NCBI GenBank assembly: GCA_963738405.1
Contig: CAVTWJ010000023.1
Location: forward strand, 256,001 to 320,000
Reading direction: 5' to 3'
Origin: a candidate division FCPU426 bacterium
GTDB taxonomy: Bacteria > Oederibacteriota > Muellerivitia > Muellerivitales > Muellerivitaceae
DNA: 64,000 nt
Below the pieces are notes generated by a model that did no database searches, was not told the origin of the DNA, and was given only the letters and a program-made list of their open reading frames with translations. The translations under genes and the position numbers were made by a program. Positions 28,153 to 36,354 of this stretch are shown piece after piece (position 1 is the first letter of the stretch; every line of letters begins with the position of its first letter).

Positions 28153-29217
28153 ATGTCTCAAAATCTAGATTTTAAAAAAATCCCCCTTTCCAAAATCATG
28201 CCGAACTTTGATCAGCCCCGGCGGATGTTCAAACCTGGGTCTACCCAATCCATGGCCGAATCCCTACTGGCCGTAGGCCAGCAAACCCTCGCCAAGGTGC
28301 GCCGCCTGACGGATGAGGAAAAAGCCTCTTACTCTTACTTTGACTACGAATGGCCCGTGGGTACGACCGCACCTAAAAAATCGAATGGTGAGTTCGGCTT
28401 CGAATACATGATGATCGGGGGTCACCGGCGCTTGGCAGGTGCCAAATTGGCGGCCTTTGAGACCCTAGATTGCGTCATTATGGATGTCGCCCCTGAAGAC
28501 ACCCACCTCGCCTCCCTAATGGACAATAGCAATGTCGAGATGAGCTGGTGGGACTGGGATTTAGCCATTGAAAAGGAACACCTTCTTCACCCAAATCTGT
28601 CCCAAAGGGAGCTGGCTAAGCGTTTAGGCGTATCCAAAAGCAAGGTGAATAATGCCTTAAAGATATTAGCGGTTCTAAATAAGCTTAGCCGAGGTTCGAT
28701 TGATATGAACTTGGACAAAGTCCCACTCGATGGGGATTTCCATCCCCCAACCTCTGACCAACCCCAGGATGTAGAGGGTGACCCTGTCCAGACTCTGGAC
28801 AAAACCAAGCCCGATTATGAGATTACCGAATATGTTTTACTGGCTTTAGCCGACCTTGAAGATCCGGCTTATGTGAGTGATACCTTGGACATCATAATCG
28901 ACAATAAAATGAATCTCGGATTAGCCAAAAAATTGATCGAATTCGTAATGAACGGGGGTGAGCCCGAAGCTTTTGATCCCAAAAAGGCTTCTACTGGCAA
29001 AGAGAAAGAAGAGGACCCCTTCGCGGAAGACTGGAAGGGTTTAGGGAAGGACATAAAGGTCAAACACAAGGGCGGTGAGGATTACGAGATCAAACTGGCC
29101 GTGACTGGGGGAGAAAAGGCCTTTGAGATTGTTCAGGCCGCCCAAAGGACACTAGAGGGGGGCCTAGTCGAAAGGTTATCCAAAATCTTCACTGGTATGG
29201 ACAACCCTAAATCATAG
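28153..29217 (+). CDS. Orphan ParB-like protein (ParB N-domain + HTH)
   Basis: IMPNFDQPRRMF, VGQQT, IGGHRRL, SQRELAKRLGVSKSKVNNAL; ATG 28153 with GGAGG RBS. Confidence 0.85.
   Translation: MSQNLDFKKIPLSKIMPNFDQPRRMFKPGSTQSMAESLLAVGQQTLAKVRRLTDEEKASYSYFDYEWPVGTTAPKKSNGEFGFEYMMIGGHRRLAGAKLAAFETLDCVIMDVAPEDTHLASLMDNSNVEMSWWDWDLAIEKEHLLHPNLSQRELAKRLGVSKSKVNNALKILAVLNKLSRGSIDMNLDKVPLDGDFHPPTSDQPQDVEGDPVQTLDKTKPDYEITEYVLLALADLEDPAYVSDTLDIIIDNKMNLGLAKKLIEFVMNGGEPEAFDPKKASTGKEKEEDPFAEDWKGLGKDIKVKHKGGEDYEIKLAVTGGEKAFEIVQAAQRTLEGGLVERLSKIFTGMDNPKS
28785..28808. repeat. Palindrome TGTCCAGA-C-TCTGGACA (+AAACCAA), copy A, inside the parB-like gene
   Basis: 24-nt exact match to 29358-29381. Confidence 0.9.
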
Positions 29218-29234
29218 GCCTAACGCAGCTAACG

Positions 29235-29323
29235 CTCTCCCCTTGAGGGAGAGGGCCAGGGTGAGGGACGTCGTATGTCGCAATATCACCCTCATCCCAT
29301 CCTTCTCCCCTCAAGGGAGAAGG
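29235..29323. repeat. REP-like inverted doublet (CCCTCAYCC..CCTTCTCCC..GGGAGA type)
   Basis: CTCTCCCCTTGAGGGAGAGGGCCAGGGTGAGGG and the inverted CCCTCATCCCATCCTTCTCCCCTCAAGGGAGAAGG, each with its own internal hairpin. Confidence 0.8.
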
Positions 29324-29357
29324 AGTTATGCGCGTAAACAAACATTCGCTCAGTCCT

Positions 29358-29381
29358 TGTCCAGACTCTGGACAAAACCAA
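29358..29381. repeat. Palindrome TGTCCAGA-C-TCTGGACA (+AAACCAA), copy B, intergenic
   Basis: 24-nt exact match to 28785-28808. Confidence 0.9.
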
Positions 29382-29448
29382 AGTGGCCTTGATTAGTATT
29401 ATCTAAAGTAATATATTTACAATACATTTTGTAGTAGGAGTGTATTAC

Positions 29449-29721
29449 ATGAGTGTCATTACAATCCGACTGGATGAGAAGCTAGAAAGCCTGCTGAACC
29501 AGGAAATTCAACTCGCAGATAAATCCAGGTCCGACCTGGTTCGTGAGGCCCTGGAACAATACTTGGCTTACCGCAACCAGGAACGCCTCAAGCAATCCAT
29601 CGTCCAGGAAATGAAAAACCTGCCGGAGGATGCCAGGCGGGAAGGCCTGTCTGTGGCTGAGGACTTCCTTCCCTATTCCGCTGTGGACTCGCATGAAAAG
29701 GGCGGCCCATGGTGGAAATAA
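29449..29721 (+). CDS. Ribbon-helix-helix (CopG-like) antitoxin
   Basis: VITIRLDEKL...SRSDLVREAL; AGGAG RBS; overlaps the toxin start. Confidence 0.88.
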   Translation: MSVITIRLDEKLESLLNQEIQLADKSRSDLVREALEQYLAYRNQERLKQSIVQEMKNLPEDARREGLSVAEDFLPYSAVDSHEKGGPWWK

Positions 29722-30068
29722 ACAGGGGTGAGGTTTGGGTAGCCAACCTAAGCCCCGCCCAAGGCGGTGAAGTGGGTAAGACCCGGCCGGTGCTGGTTCT
29801 TCAAGATAACGCCCTAACCCGTGAAGGGGCTGAAACCATCGTCATCCTTCCTCTGACCTCGCAGGTCCGGCCCGAAATTCAGCACCTGCGGATGACCCTG
29901 CCTGCCCGGGGCCGCCTCTTACGGGACAGCCAAGTGATCGTGGAAAAGCCCATGACCCTGGACCGGCTCCGCCTGGTGGAAGGCCCCCTGGCCAGTTTGA
30001 CCACGGGTGAAATGGCGGCGGTGGAACGAACTCTCTTGGTGGTCTTAGGCCTGGCCCGGCTGACTTAG
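29709..30068 (+). CDS. PemK/MazF family endoribonuclease toxin
   Basis: RGEVWVANLSP.QGGEVGKTRPVLVLQ, ILPLTS. Confidence 0.93.
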   Translation: MVEINRGEVWVANLSPAQGGEVGKTRPVLVLQDNALTREGAETIVILPLTSQVRPEIQHLRMTLPARGRLLRDSQVIVEKPMTLDRLRLVEGPLASLTTGEMAAVERTLLVVLGLARLT

Positions 30069-30081
30069 AACTAGGGCAAGT

Positions 30082-31089
30082 TTATTTGGCCTGTTGCCAT
30101 TTTTTGACCCGAAGGATATGTTTCGCGATCTGGATATTCTTGTCATGTTCCTCAAGGGTCGTAGCGAACAGATGGGAACCATCTCCCTTGGCAACATAGT
30201 AGAGATAGGGTACCTGGGCAGGTTGAGCCACGGCTTCAAGGGAGGCGAAGCCTGGGTTGCAGATGGGCGTGGGGGGAAGTCCCCGTTTGAGATAAGTATT
30301 GTAGGGCGTCTTAACATCCAATTGTTTCTGGCTGAACCAGGGGTTCTTGCTGTTCAAGACATAGTTAAGGGTGGCATTCACCTGAAGCCGCATCTTTTGC
30401 CGGAGCCGGTTATACATCACCCCCGCAATGATCGGCCGTTCGGTATCAAGTTTCGCTTCCTTCTCGACAATCGAAGCCAAAATCACCCCCTGGTAAAGGG
30501 TCAGCCCCTGGGCCTTTAACTGGGCCTCGTAATCATCCCCCACTTCCTGCTGAAACTGGCGCACCAAAAGCCCCAAAAGATCCGGGATACTCGCACCCAC
30601 CGGAATGCGGTAGGTTTCGGGATATAGAAAACCCTCCAGGCTGAGGCCCTTGATCCCAAAACTTTTTAGGACGGCCGGGTCCTTGGCTCCGTTTAAAAAA
30701 TCGGCGGCTTTCGCGACTTTCAATCGTTCCAGCTCCATTCCAATCTGCTCGGCGGTATAGCCCTCGGGAATCTTGAGGGCCTGAAGTTCGCTTTTTCCCT
30801 CGGTCAAAACATTCAGCACTTCCCAAAAACTCATCCGGGGGTTCAAGCGGTAAAGACCCGCCTTGAGCTTGCGGTCCGCGCCGGTCAGTTTGGCGGCCAA
30901 GCGGAAGGGAGTTGAAAAGGCTAAGATTCCTTTTTCTTGAAGAAGGTCTGCAATTCCCCGCGCGGTCGATTTGGAATAAACCGCGATATCCATATCGGCT
31001 CCGGATCGGTAAAAGGGAGGAATAAAAAACAAGGTCCCGGCCAGGGCTAAAGCCGCAAAAAATATTCCGTACCATTTGAGGATTTTCAT
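30082..31089 (-). CDS. mltG: Endolytic transglycosylase
   Basis: IPEG, LEGFLYPETY, ASIVEKE, PYNTY...GLPPTPICNPG, YLYYV. Confidence 0.96.
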   Translation of the reverse strand: MKILKWYGIFFAALALAGTLFFIPPFYRSGADMDIAVYSKSTARGIADLLQEKGILAFSTPFRLAAKLTGADRKLKAGLYRLNPRMSFWEVLNVLTEGKSELQALKIPEGYTAEQIGMELERLKVAKAADFLNGAKDPAVLKSFGIKGLSLEGFLYPETYRIPVGASIPDLLGLLVRQFQQEVGDDYEAQLKAQGLTLYQGVILASIVEKEAKLDTERPIIAGVMYNRLRQKMRLQVNATLNYVLNSKNPWFSQKQLDVKTPYNTYLKRGLPPTPICNPGFASLEAVAQPAQVPYLYYVAKGDGSHLFATTLEEHDKNIQIAKHILRVKKWQQAK

Positions 31090-31520
31090 TTTTCCTCCAG
31101 GGGAGTCAGCGGGGCGCCCGCGAGAGCCGATTGCAAAAGCAGGGCTGCCGCCACCTTGTCGACTTTCCCTTTGCGATTCTCCCTGCGCACATCCCCCTCA
31201 ATCAAGGCCCTCTCGGCCTGCTTGCTGGAGAGGCGTTCATCGATGAAAACAACCGGAATGGTCAATCTTTGGGAGAGCTTATAGGCAAAATGCCGGACCA
31301 GTTCAGTGGTGGAGCTTTCGGTGCCGTTCATATTAAGGGGAAGACCCACAATGACCTGTGTCACCGCGTGCTCATTGACCAATGTCCCGATGGCCGCGAC
31401 ATCCTTTGAGGTTCCCGCGGATTTCAAAACCGCCAGGGGTTGGGCGGTATAACCTAGCGGGTCGGACAGGGCCAAGCCGATCCGGGCCTTTCCCCAATCA
31501 ATCGCGATCCATCGTTTCAA
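31086..31520 (-). CDS. ruvX: RuvX/YqgF nuclease
   Basis: IAIDWGKARIGLALSD, VGLPLNMNG, DERLSS, DKVAAALLL. Confidence 0.95.
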   Translation of the reverse strand: MKRWIAIDWGKARIGLALSDPLGYTAQPLAVLKSAGTSKDVAAIGTLVNEHAVTQVIVGLPLNMNGTESSTTELVRHFAYKLSQRLTIPVVFIDERLSSKQAERALIEGDVRRENRKGKVDKVAAALLLQSALAGAPLTPLEEK

Positions 31521-34186
31521 GGAAGGGTCTTCTCAAGAAACAAAGCGGCTTGGCTCAAGGCCTCATCGACCTTGGAGGCATCTTTGCCGCCCGCCTGGGC
31601 GAAATCGGGCCTGCCGCCCCCGCCGCCGCCGGCCACTTTGGCTACTTCTTTCACCAGGTCCCCGGCCTTCACTTTAGAGATTAAATCCTTGGTAACACCA
31701 GCCACGAACCCCACGAAAGAGGGCGTTCCGCTTCCTAAAACGATAACGCCGCTTCCCAACTTGTCCTTGAGTTTATCCGCCAGTTCCCTCAAGCCGTCCG
31801 AATCCTGGTCGGCTCGAAACACTACCACCGGAACGCCCTTGATTTGCTTCTTTTGGGCCAAGGCTTCATCCACAAGGCCTCCGGCCAGCTTGGACTTCAA
31901 GGCGGTGATTTCCCGATCCTTTGATTTGATTTCATCCAGCAAGGACTGAATCTTCGGCTTTAGTTCGGTATCCGAGCTTTTCAAAAGGTGGGCGATTTCT
32001 TTTAATGCCGTTTCTTCCAGGGATATTTTCTCAAGCGAACCCTCGCCCGTGACCGCCTCGATACGCCTAACCCCGGCAGCGACCGAGGATTCGCTGGCAA
32101 TCTTAAAGAGCCCGATATCGCCCGTGCGGTTCACGTGGGTTCCCCCGCAAAGCTCGGTCGAAAAGCCGGGGATATCAACCACCCGTACCCTTTCGCCGTA
32201 TTTTTCGCTAAAGAAAGCCAATGCGCCTTTTTTCTTGGCCTCGTCAAAAGACATCTCCTGTTTATCGAGCGCGATGTTATCGAGAATTCGCCGATTAACC
32301 AGCGTTTCGATTTCTTTCAATTGTTCCGGCTTCACGCCCTCGAAATGGGTGAAGTCAAAACGAAGCCGATCAGGGCCGACATAACTTCCCGCCTGGCCAA
32401 CGTGGGTTCCCAAAACTTTCCTGAGGGCCGCGTGAAGTAAATGGGTCCCTGTATGGTTTCGCATAGTAGCCCGGCGTTCGCTTTCCTCGACAGTGGCTTC
32501 CACCTTTTGGTCCTTAACCAACTTTCCCCTTTTCATAAAACACCAGTGACCCACCAGGGTGTCCGACACCATCTGGGTATCCAGCACATCCGCCCAGGAA
32601 ACTTCGGCGGAATTAAATCCCTGGATGACCCCCTTATCCCCTACCTGGCCGCCCCTTTCAGCGTAGAAAGGAGTTTGGTTCAAAATAATGAACCCATATT
32701 CGCCTTCCTGAAGCTTCTCGACGGGTTCGTGTTTTTTATCTTTGACCCTTACCAGTTGGACTACTTGACCCAGATCTTTGGTTTTTTCGTATCCCTTGAA
32801 CTGGGTCGCGGGAATCTTGGCGGACAATTCTTTGTAGAAGGGCGGAAGCACATCATCTCCGCTTCCCTTCCAGGCGGAACGGGCTTTTTCTTTTTGGCCT
32901 TCCATGGCCTTTTGGAAACCAGCCTCATCCACCGACAATCCTTTTTCCTTCAGAATTTCTTTGGTAATGTCCAAAGGAAACCCAAAGGTGTCATAGAGCA
33001 TGAAGGCTTCATCGCCCGACAACATTGTTGCATTCGCTTTTTTCAGGTCTTCGATCTTATCGAGCAACCGTTCGGTGCCCGCGGCCAAGGTTTCGAAAAA
33101 CCGTTCTTCCTCCGATTTCACCACATTGACGATATGTTCTTTACGGGAAGAAAGTTCGGGATAGACATCCCCCATGAGCGCCACCACTTCGGCGGTGATG
33201 GGATAAAGAAAGGGTTTCTCGAACCCCAGAAGTTTCCCGTGCCGGACGGCTCTTCGAAGAATGCGGCGCAAGACATATCCCCGTCCTTCGTTGGAAGGAA
33301 GCACTCCGTCGGCAATCAGAAAGGTTGTGGCCCTTAAGTGATCGCTGATGACCTTCAGGGAGGTATAGGTTTGTGAACCATCCGCCTTCAGGGGAATCTT
33401 GCCCGCCTTGGCCACCGCCGCCATGAGGGGGGATAAAAGGTCCGTCTCGTAGTTAGAGGGAACCTTTTGCATCACGCTGGCCACACGCTCCAGGCCCATG
33501 CCGGTGTCGATGTTGGGTTTGGGAAGGGGCTTTAAGGTGCCGTCGGCCTGGCGGTCGAACTGGGTGAAAACCAGGTTCCATATCTCGAGGAAACGGCCCG
33601 ATTCGGCGTCCTCCTCAAAATTCTTCGTCTCACCCTTTTCTGGGGTCAAATCCACATAGATTTCAGAGCAAGGCCCGCAGGGACCGGTGGGGCCCATGGT
33701 CCAAAAGTTTGATTCCTCGCCCATGCGCACGATGCGCTCGGGAGGCAGCCCAGCTGTTTTCTTCCAAAGCTCAATGGCCTCATCGTCCTTCTCATAAACC
33801 GAAACCCACAGCCTGGACTTCTCAATTTCCAGAATCTTGGTCACAAACTCCCATCCCCATTCGATGGCTTCCTTCTTGAAATAGCCGCCAAAGGAGAAGT
33901 TACCCAACATTTCGAAGAAGGTATGGTGACGGGCGGTGTACCCCACCCTTTCCAGGTCTCCGGTGCGGAAGCATTTTTGGCAGGAAGCCGCATAGGGAAC
34001 GCTATGGGGAAAGGGGATGGTTCCCAAAAAATAGGGTTTGAATTGGTTCATGCCCGCGTTGGCCAAAAGAAGCGTCGGGTCGCTTTCGGGCACCAGAGAG
34101 GAAGAGGGCACGACCTTATGGTTCTTGGATTTGAAGAAATCCAGGTAGGCCTGCCTGATTTGCGCGCCGGTAGTGGGAATGCCCAT
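31517..34186 (-). CDS. alaS: Alanine-tRNA ligase
   Basis: NAGMNQFK, HHTFFEMLGNFSFG, IDTGMGLER, NHTGTHLLH, ELCGGTH, GGGGGGRPDFAQAGG; ATG 34186 with GAGG RBS. Confidence 0.99.
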   Translation of the reverse strand: MGIPTTGAQIRQAYLDFFKSKNHKVVPSSSLVPESDPTLLLANAGMNQFKPYFLGTIPFPHSVPYAASCQKCFRTGDLERVGYTARHHTFFEMLGNFSFGGYFKKEAIEWGWEFVTKILEIEKSRLWVSVYEKDDEAIELWKKTAGLPPERIVRMGEESNFWTMGPTGPCGPCSEIYVDLTPEKGETKNFEEDAESGRFLEIWNLVFTQFDRQADGTLKPLPKPNIDTGMGLERVASVMQKVPSNYETDLLSPLMAAVAKAGKIPLKADGSQTYTSLKVISDHLRATTFLIADGVLPSNEGRGYVLRRILRRAVRHGKLLGFEKPFLYPITAEVVALMGDVYPELSSRKEHIVNVVKSEEERFFETLAAGTERLLDKIEDLKKANATMLSGDEAFMLYDTFGFPLDITKEILKEKGLSVDEAGFQKAMEGQKEKARSAWKGSGDDVLPPFYKELSAKIPATQFKGYEKTKDLGQVVQLVRVKDKKHEPVEKLQEGEYGFIILNQTPFYAERGGQVGDKGVIQGFNSAEVSWADVLDTQMVSDTLVGHWCFMKRGKLVKDQKVEATVEESERRATMRNHTGTHLLHAALRKVLGTHVGQAGSYVGPDRLRFDFTHFEGVKPEQLKEIETLVNRRILDNIALDKQEMSFDEAKKKGALAFFSEKYGERVRVVDIPGFSTELCGGTHVNRTGDIGLFKIASESSVAAGVRRIEAVTGEGSLEKISLEETALKEIAHLLKSSDTELKPKIQSLLDEIKSKDREITALKSKLAGGLVDEALAQKKQIKGVPVVVFRADQDSDGLRELADKLKDKLGSGVIVLGSGTPSFVGFVAGVTKDLISKVKAGDLVKEVAKVAGGGGGGRPDFAQAGGKDASKVDEALSQAALFLEKTLP

Positions 34187-34231
34187 AAAAACCTCTTTTG
34201 AATTAAAAAACTGAAACAAAACCTACACTTT

Positions 34232-34340
34232 CACCACCAAAACACCAAGTCACCAAGAACTTCGCCAACCCAATTCGTGACCAACGATGTAAACCCAAAC
34301 CATTTTTGGCTTTTCTTGGTGTCTTTGTGCCTTGGTGGTG
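34232..34340. repeat. CACCAAG hairpin element, copy 5
   Basis: Arms 34232-34259 and 34313-34340, 53-nt spacer. Confidence 0.92.
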
Positions 34341-34350
34341 ATATTTGGTT

Positions 34351-34863
34351 TTACTCTTCCTCGGGAAGGTCGGGATTATAACTGAAAACCTTTTGGACGG
34401 CGAGGCGGGAAGAAGGGTAGGAAAAACCCCTGCGCAAAAGGAAGCCCAGGGCTTTTTCGGGCCCTTTATCATTTAAACCACGACTGGATTTCAGAAATCG
34501 CCTTTTTTGGGCCCGAAGAAGCGCCAAAGCCGAATGGGCTTCCTCAACGCCTTTAAATTCATCAGCCAAAACCTTTTCACCCAGCGGCCCCGCAAGGCCC
34601 CTTTTTAAAAAGGCGGACCTGATCTTGGCCGGTCCCCACCCCATCCTTTTTCGGGAAGCCACGAACGACTCGGCCGAGCGTTGGTCATTCACCCAGCCCT
34701 TGGAGGTCAGTTTTTCCAAAACCTCGTCCTGGATATCCGGAGGCACGGCCCGCAGGGACAGCTTCGCCCTTAACTCAAAAGAGGTCCGGTCCCTCCGGCT
34801 TAAAAGGCCCAGGGCATAGCGGAAGGATTGGGGGAAATCGGAAAGGGGGGAAGGTTTCTTCAA
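34351..34863 (-). CDS. recX: RecA regulator RecX
   Basis: ALGLLSRRDRTSFELR, GWVNDQRSAE, GPAKI, FLLRRGFS. Confidence 0.9.
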   Translation of the reverse strand: MKKPSPLSDFPQSFRYALGLLSRRDRTSFELRAKLSLRAVPPDIQDEVLEKLTSKGWVNDQRSAESFVASRKRMGWGPAKIRSAFLKRGLAGPLGEKVLADEFKGVEEAHSALALLRAQKRRFLKSSRGLNDKGPEKALGFLLRRGFSYPSSRLAVQKVFSYNPDLPEEE

Positions 34864-34875
34864 GAAATAATCGGG

Positions 34876-35190
34876 CTAGGGAGCCGAGACCGTTCCTGTG
34901 GCCGGATCATATTGAACCCCGCCCGGAATATGGTCGATAAAGTCAGGGACCAAATCCTGAAGTGCCGCAGGAGGGGCGCCCTTTTGGCTCTTATAAGAAT
35001 TAACGGCCTGCTGGACAATATCCACGTTCGCGTGACCCGCCACCGCCTCGGCCCTTTGCTCATCGTTATGTAGAGCATTGGTATAACCCGGTAGGGTGGC
35101 TTCCTTGGGGGCGGATTCGATAACAGTCCAAAGGTAATAGCCGATACCACCCACGACCAAAATGACCAAAAGGATGAAAAACTTATCCAT
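34876..35190 (-). CDS. Small membrane-anchored hypothetical protein with pseudopilin-like C-terminus
   Basis: N-terminal TM; AVNSYKSQKGAPPAALQDLVP...YDPATGTV; AGGAGG RBS. Confidence 0.6.
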   Translation of the reverse strand: MDKFFILLVILVVGGIGYYLWTVIESAPKEATLPGYTNALHNDEQRAEAVAGHANVDIVQQAVNSYKSQKGAPPAALQDLVPDFIDHIPGGVQYDPATGTVSAP

Positions 35191-35929
35191 TCTTTCCTCC
35201 TAAGGAAACAGCCTTTTTAAGAATCCCAACCATTTCCTTAACCGCCTGAGTTAATCCTACCATGGAAGCGCGGGCGATGATGTTGTGGCCGATGTTAAGG
35301 TCTTCGATTTCAGTTAATGAGGCCACGGGAGCGGTGTTTTCATAGGTCAAACCATGCCCGGCGTGGACTTGAAGCCCCAAGGATTTGGCATATCGGGCCC
35401 CAGCCGCCAGGATCAAAAATTCTTTTTTCTCATTTTTCTCCGTTCGAAAGGCCCGGCTATAGGCCCCGGTATGTAGTTCGACATACAGAGCGCCCAACCG
35501 GGCGGAAAGGTCGAGGGTTTTTTTATCGGGAAGGATGAAAAAGGAAACTGGGATTCCCTTCGCTTGGAGCTTGTCCACGGCCGTTTGAAACCGTCCCAGG
35601 TCCGAAGCCAGGTTGAGCCCTCCCTCGGTCGTTAACTCACGGCGCCTTTCCGGGACTAGGGTCACTTGGTCCGGCTTGATTTGAAGGGCGAAACGGATCA
35701 TTTGAGGCGTCGCGGCCATTTCCAGGTTTAGTTTCGTACGGAGGGACTTTCGGAGCCGTACGACGTCCCGGTCCTGGATATGGCGCCGGTCTTCCCTCAA
35801 ATGGACGGTAATCCCCACGGCCCCAGCCCTTTCGCACAATTGGGCCGCCTCAATAGGGTCCGGCTGATCTTCTAAGCGGGCCTGCCGGAGGGTGGCGATA
35901 TGGTCGATGTTGACGCAAAGCTTGGCCAT
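35183..35929 (-). CDS. pdxJ: Pyridoxine 5'-phosphate synthase
   Basis: VNIDHIATLRQAR, HLREDRRHI, TTEGG, ELHTG, AGHGL, LNIGH. Confidence 0.98.
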   Translation of the reverse strand: MAKLCVNIDHIATLRQARLEDQPDPIEAAQLCERAGAVGITVHLREDRRHIQDRDVVRLRKSLRTKLNLEMAATPQMIRFALQIKPDQVTLVPERRRELTTEGGLNLASDLGRFQTAVDKLQAKGIPVSFFILPDKKTLDLSARLGALYVELHTGAYSRAFRTEKNEKKEFLILAAGARYAKSLGLQVHAGHGLTYENTAPVASLTEIEDLNIGHNIIARASMVGLTQAVKEMVGILKKAVSLGGKNG

Positions 35930-35938
35930 GGGGTTCCT

Positions 35939-36334
35939 TTACTTCTTATGTTTGGGCAGGGGCTTCGAGGGGGCGGGAATAAGCGGTATCTTCAGGGTCT
36001 GGACGTTGGCGGCTACGTCCTTGGGCAGGGGTTTGATAATGGGATGCGCCACCACTTCCCGCTGGTCAGGGGTGGTTCCCTTCAAGCTGACTTCGGCTGT
36101 CAATTCGTCCCCATCCAAATCCAAAATGCTTTCCTTCCGGCCGGTGAGAACCACCGAAACCGAGGTGCGCACCCGGGGGTCCACCGTCACGCCGTCCGGA
36201 ATGTCATTGAGCTCCACCGGAACGGTCACTTTCCGGTCGATAATCTGGCGGGACCCGACATAGGCCCAGAGGGCGACGGAAATAAAAAGGGCCAGGATTT
36301 TTAACCCCAAGTTTTCAAACAGCCAGCGTTTCAT
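35939..36334 (-). CDS. cdaR: CdaR/YbbR-like regulator (single short domain)
   Basis: NLGLKILALFISVALW then one YbbR-like beta repeat; follows cdaA. Confidence 0.8.
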   Translation of the reverse strand: MKRWLFENLGLKILALFISVALWAYVGSRQIIDRKVTVPVELNDIPDGVTVDPRVRTSVSVVLTGRKESILDLDGDELTAEVSLKGTTPDQREVVAHPIIKPLPKDVAANVQTLKIPLIPAPSKPLPKHKK

Positions 36335-36354
36335 AAAACCCCGCTTCGTTCGTT

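Noticed and set aside
32441..33337. 298-aa plus-strand ORF
   Set aside because: Antisense shadow of alaS.
17712..34340. CACCAAG elements as a CRISPR array
   Set aside because: The arms are inverted, the copies are kilobases apart, and no cas genes are present.
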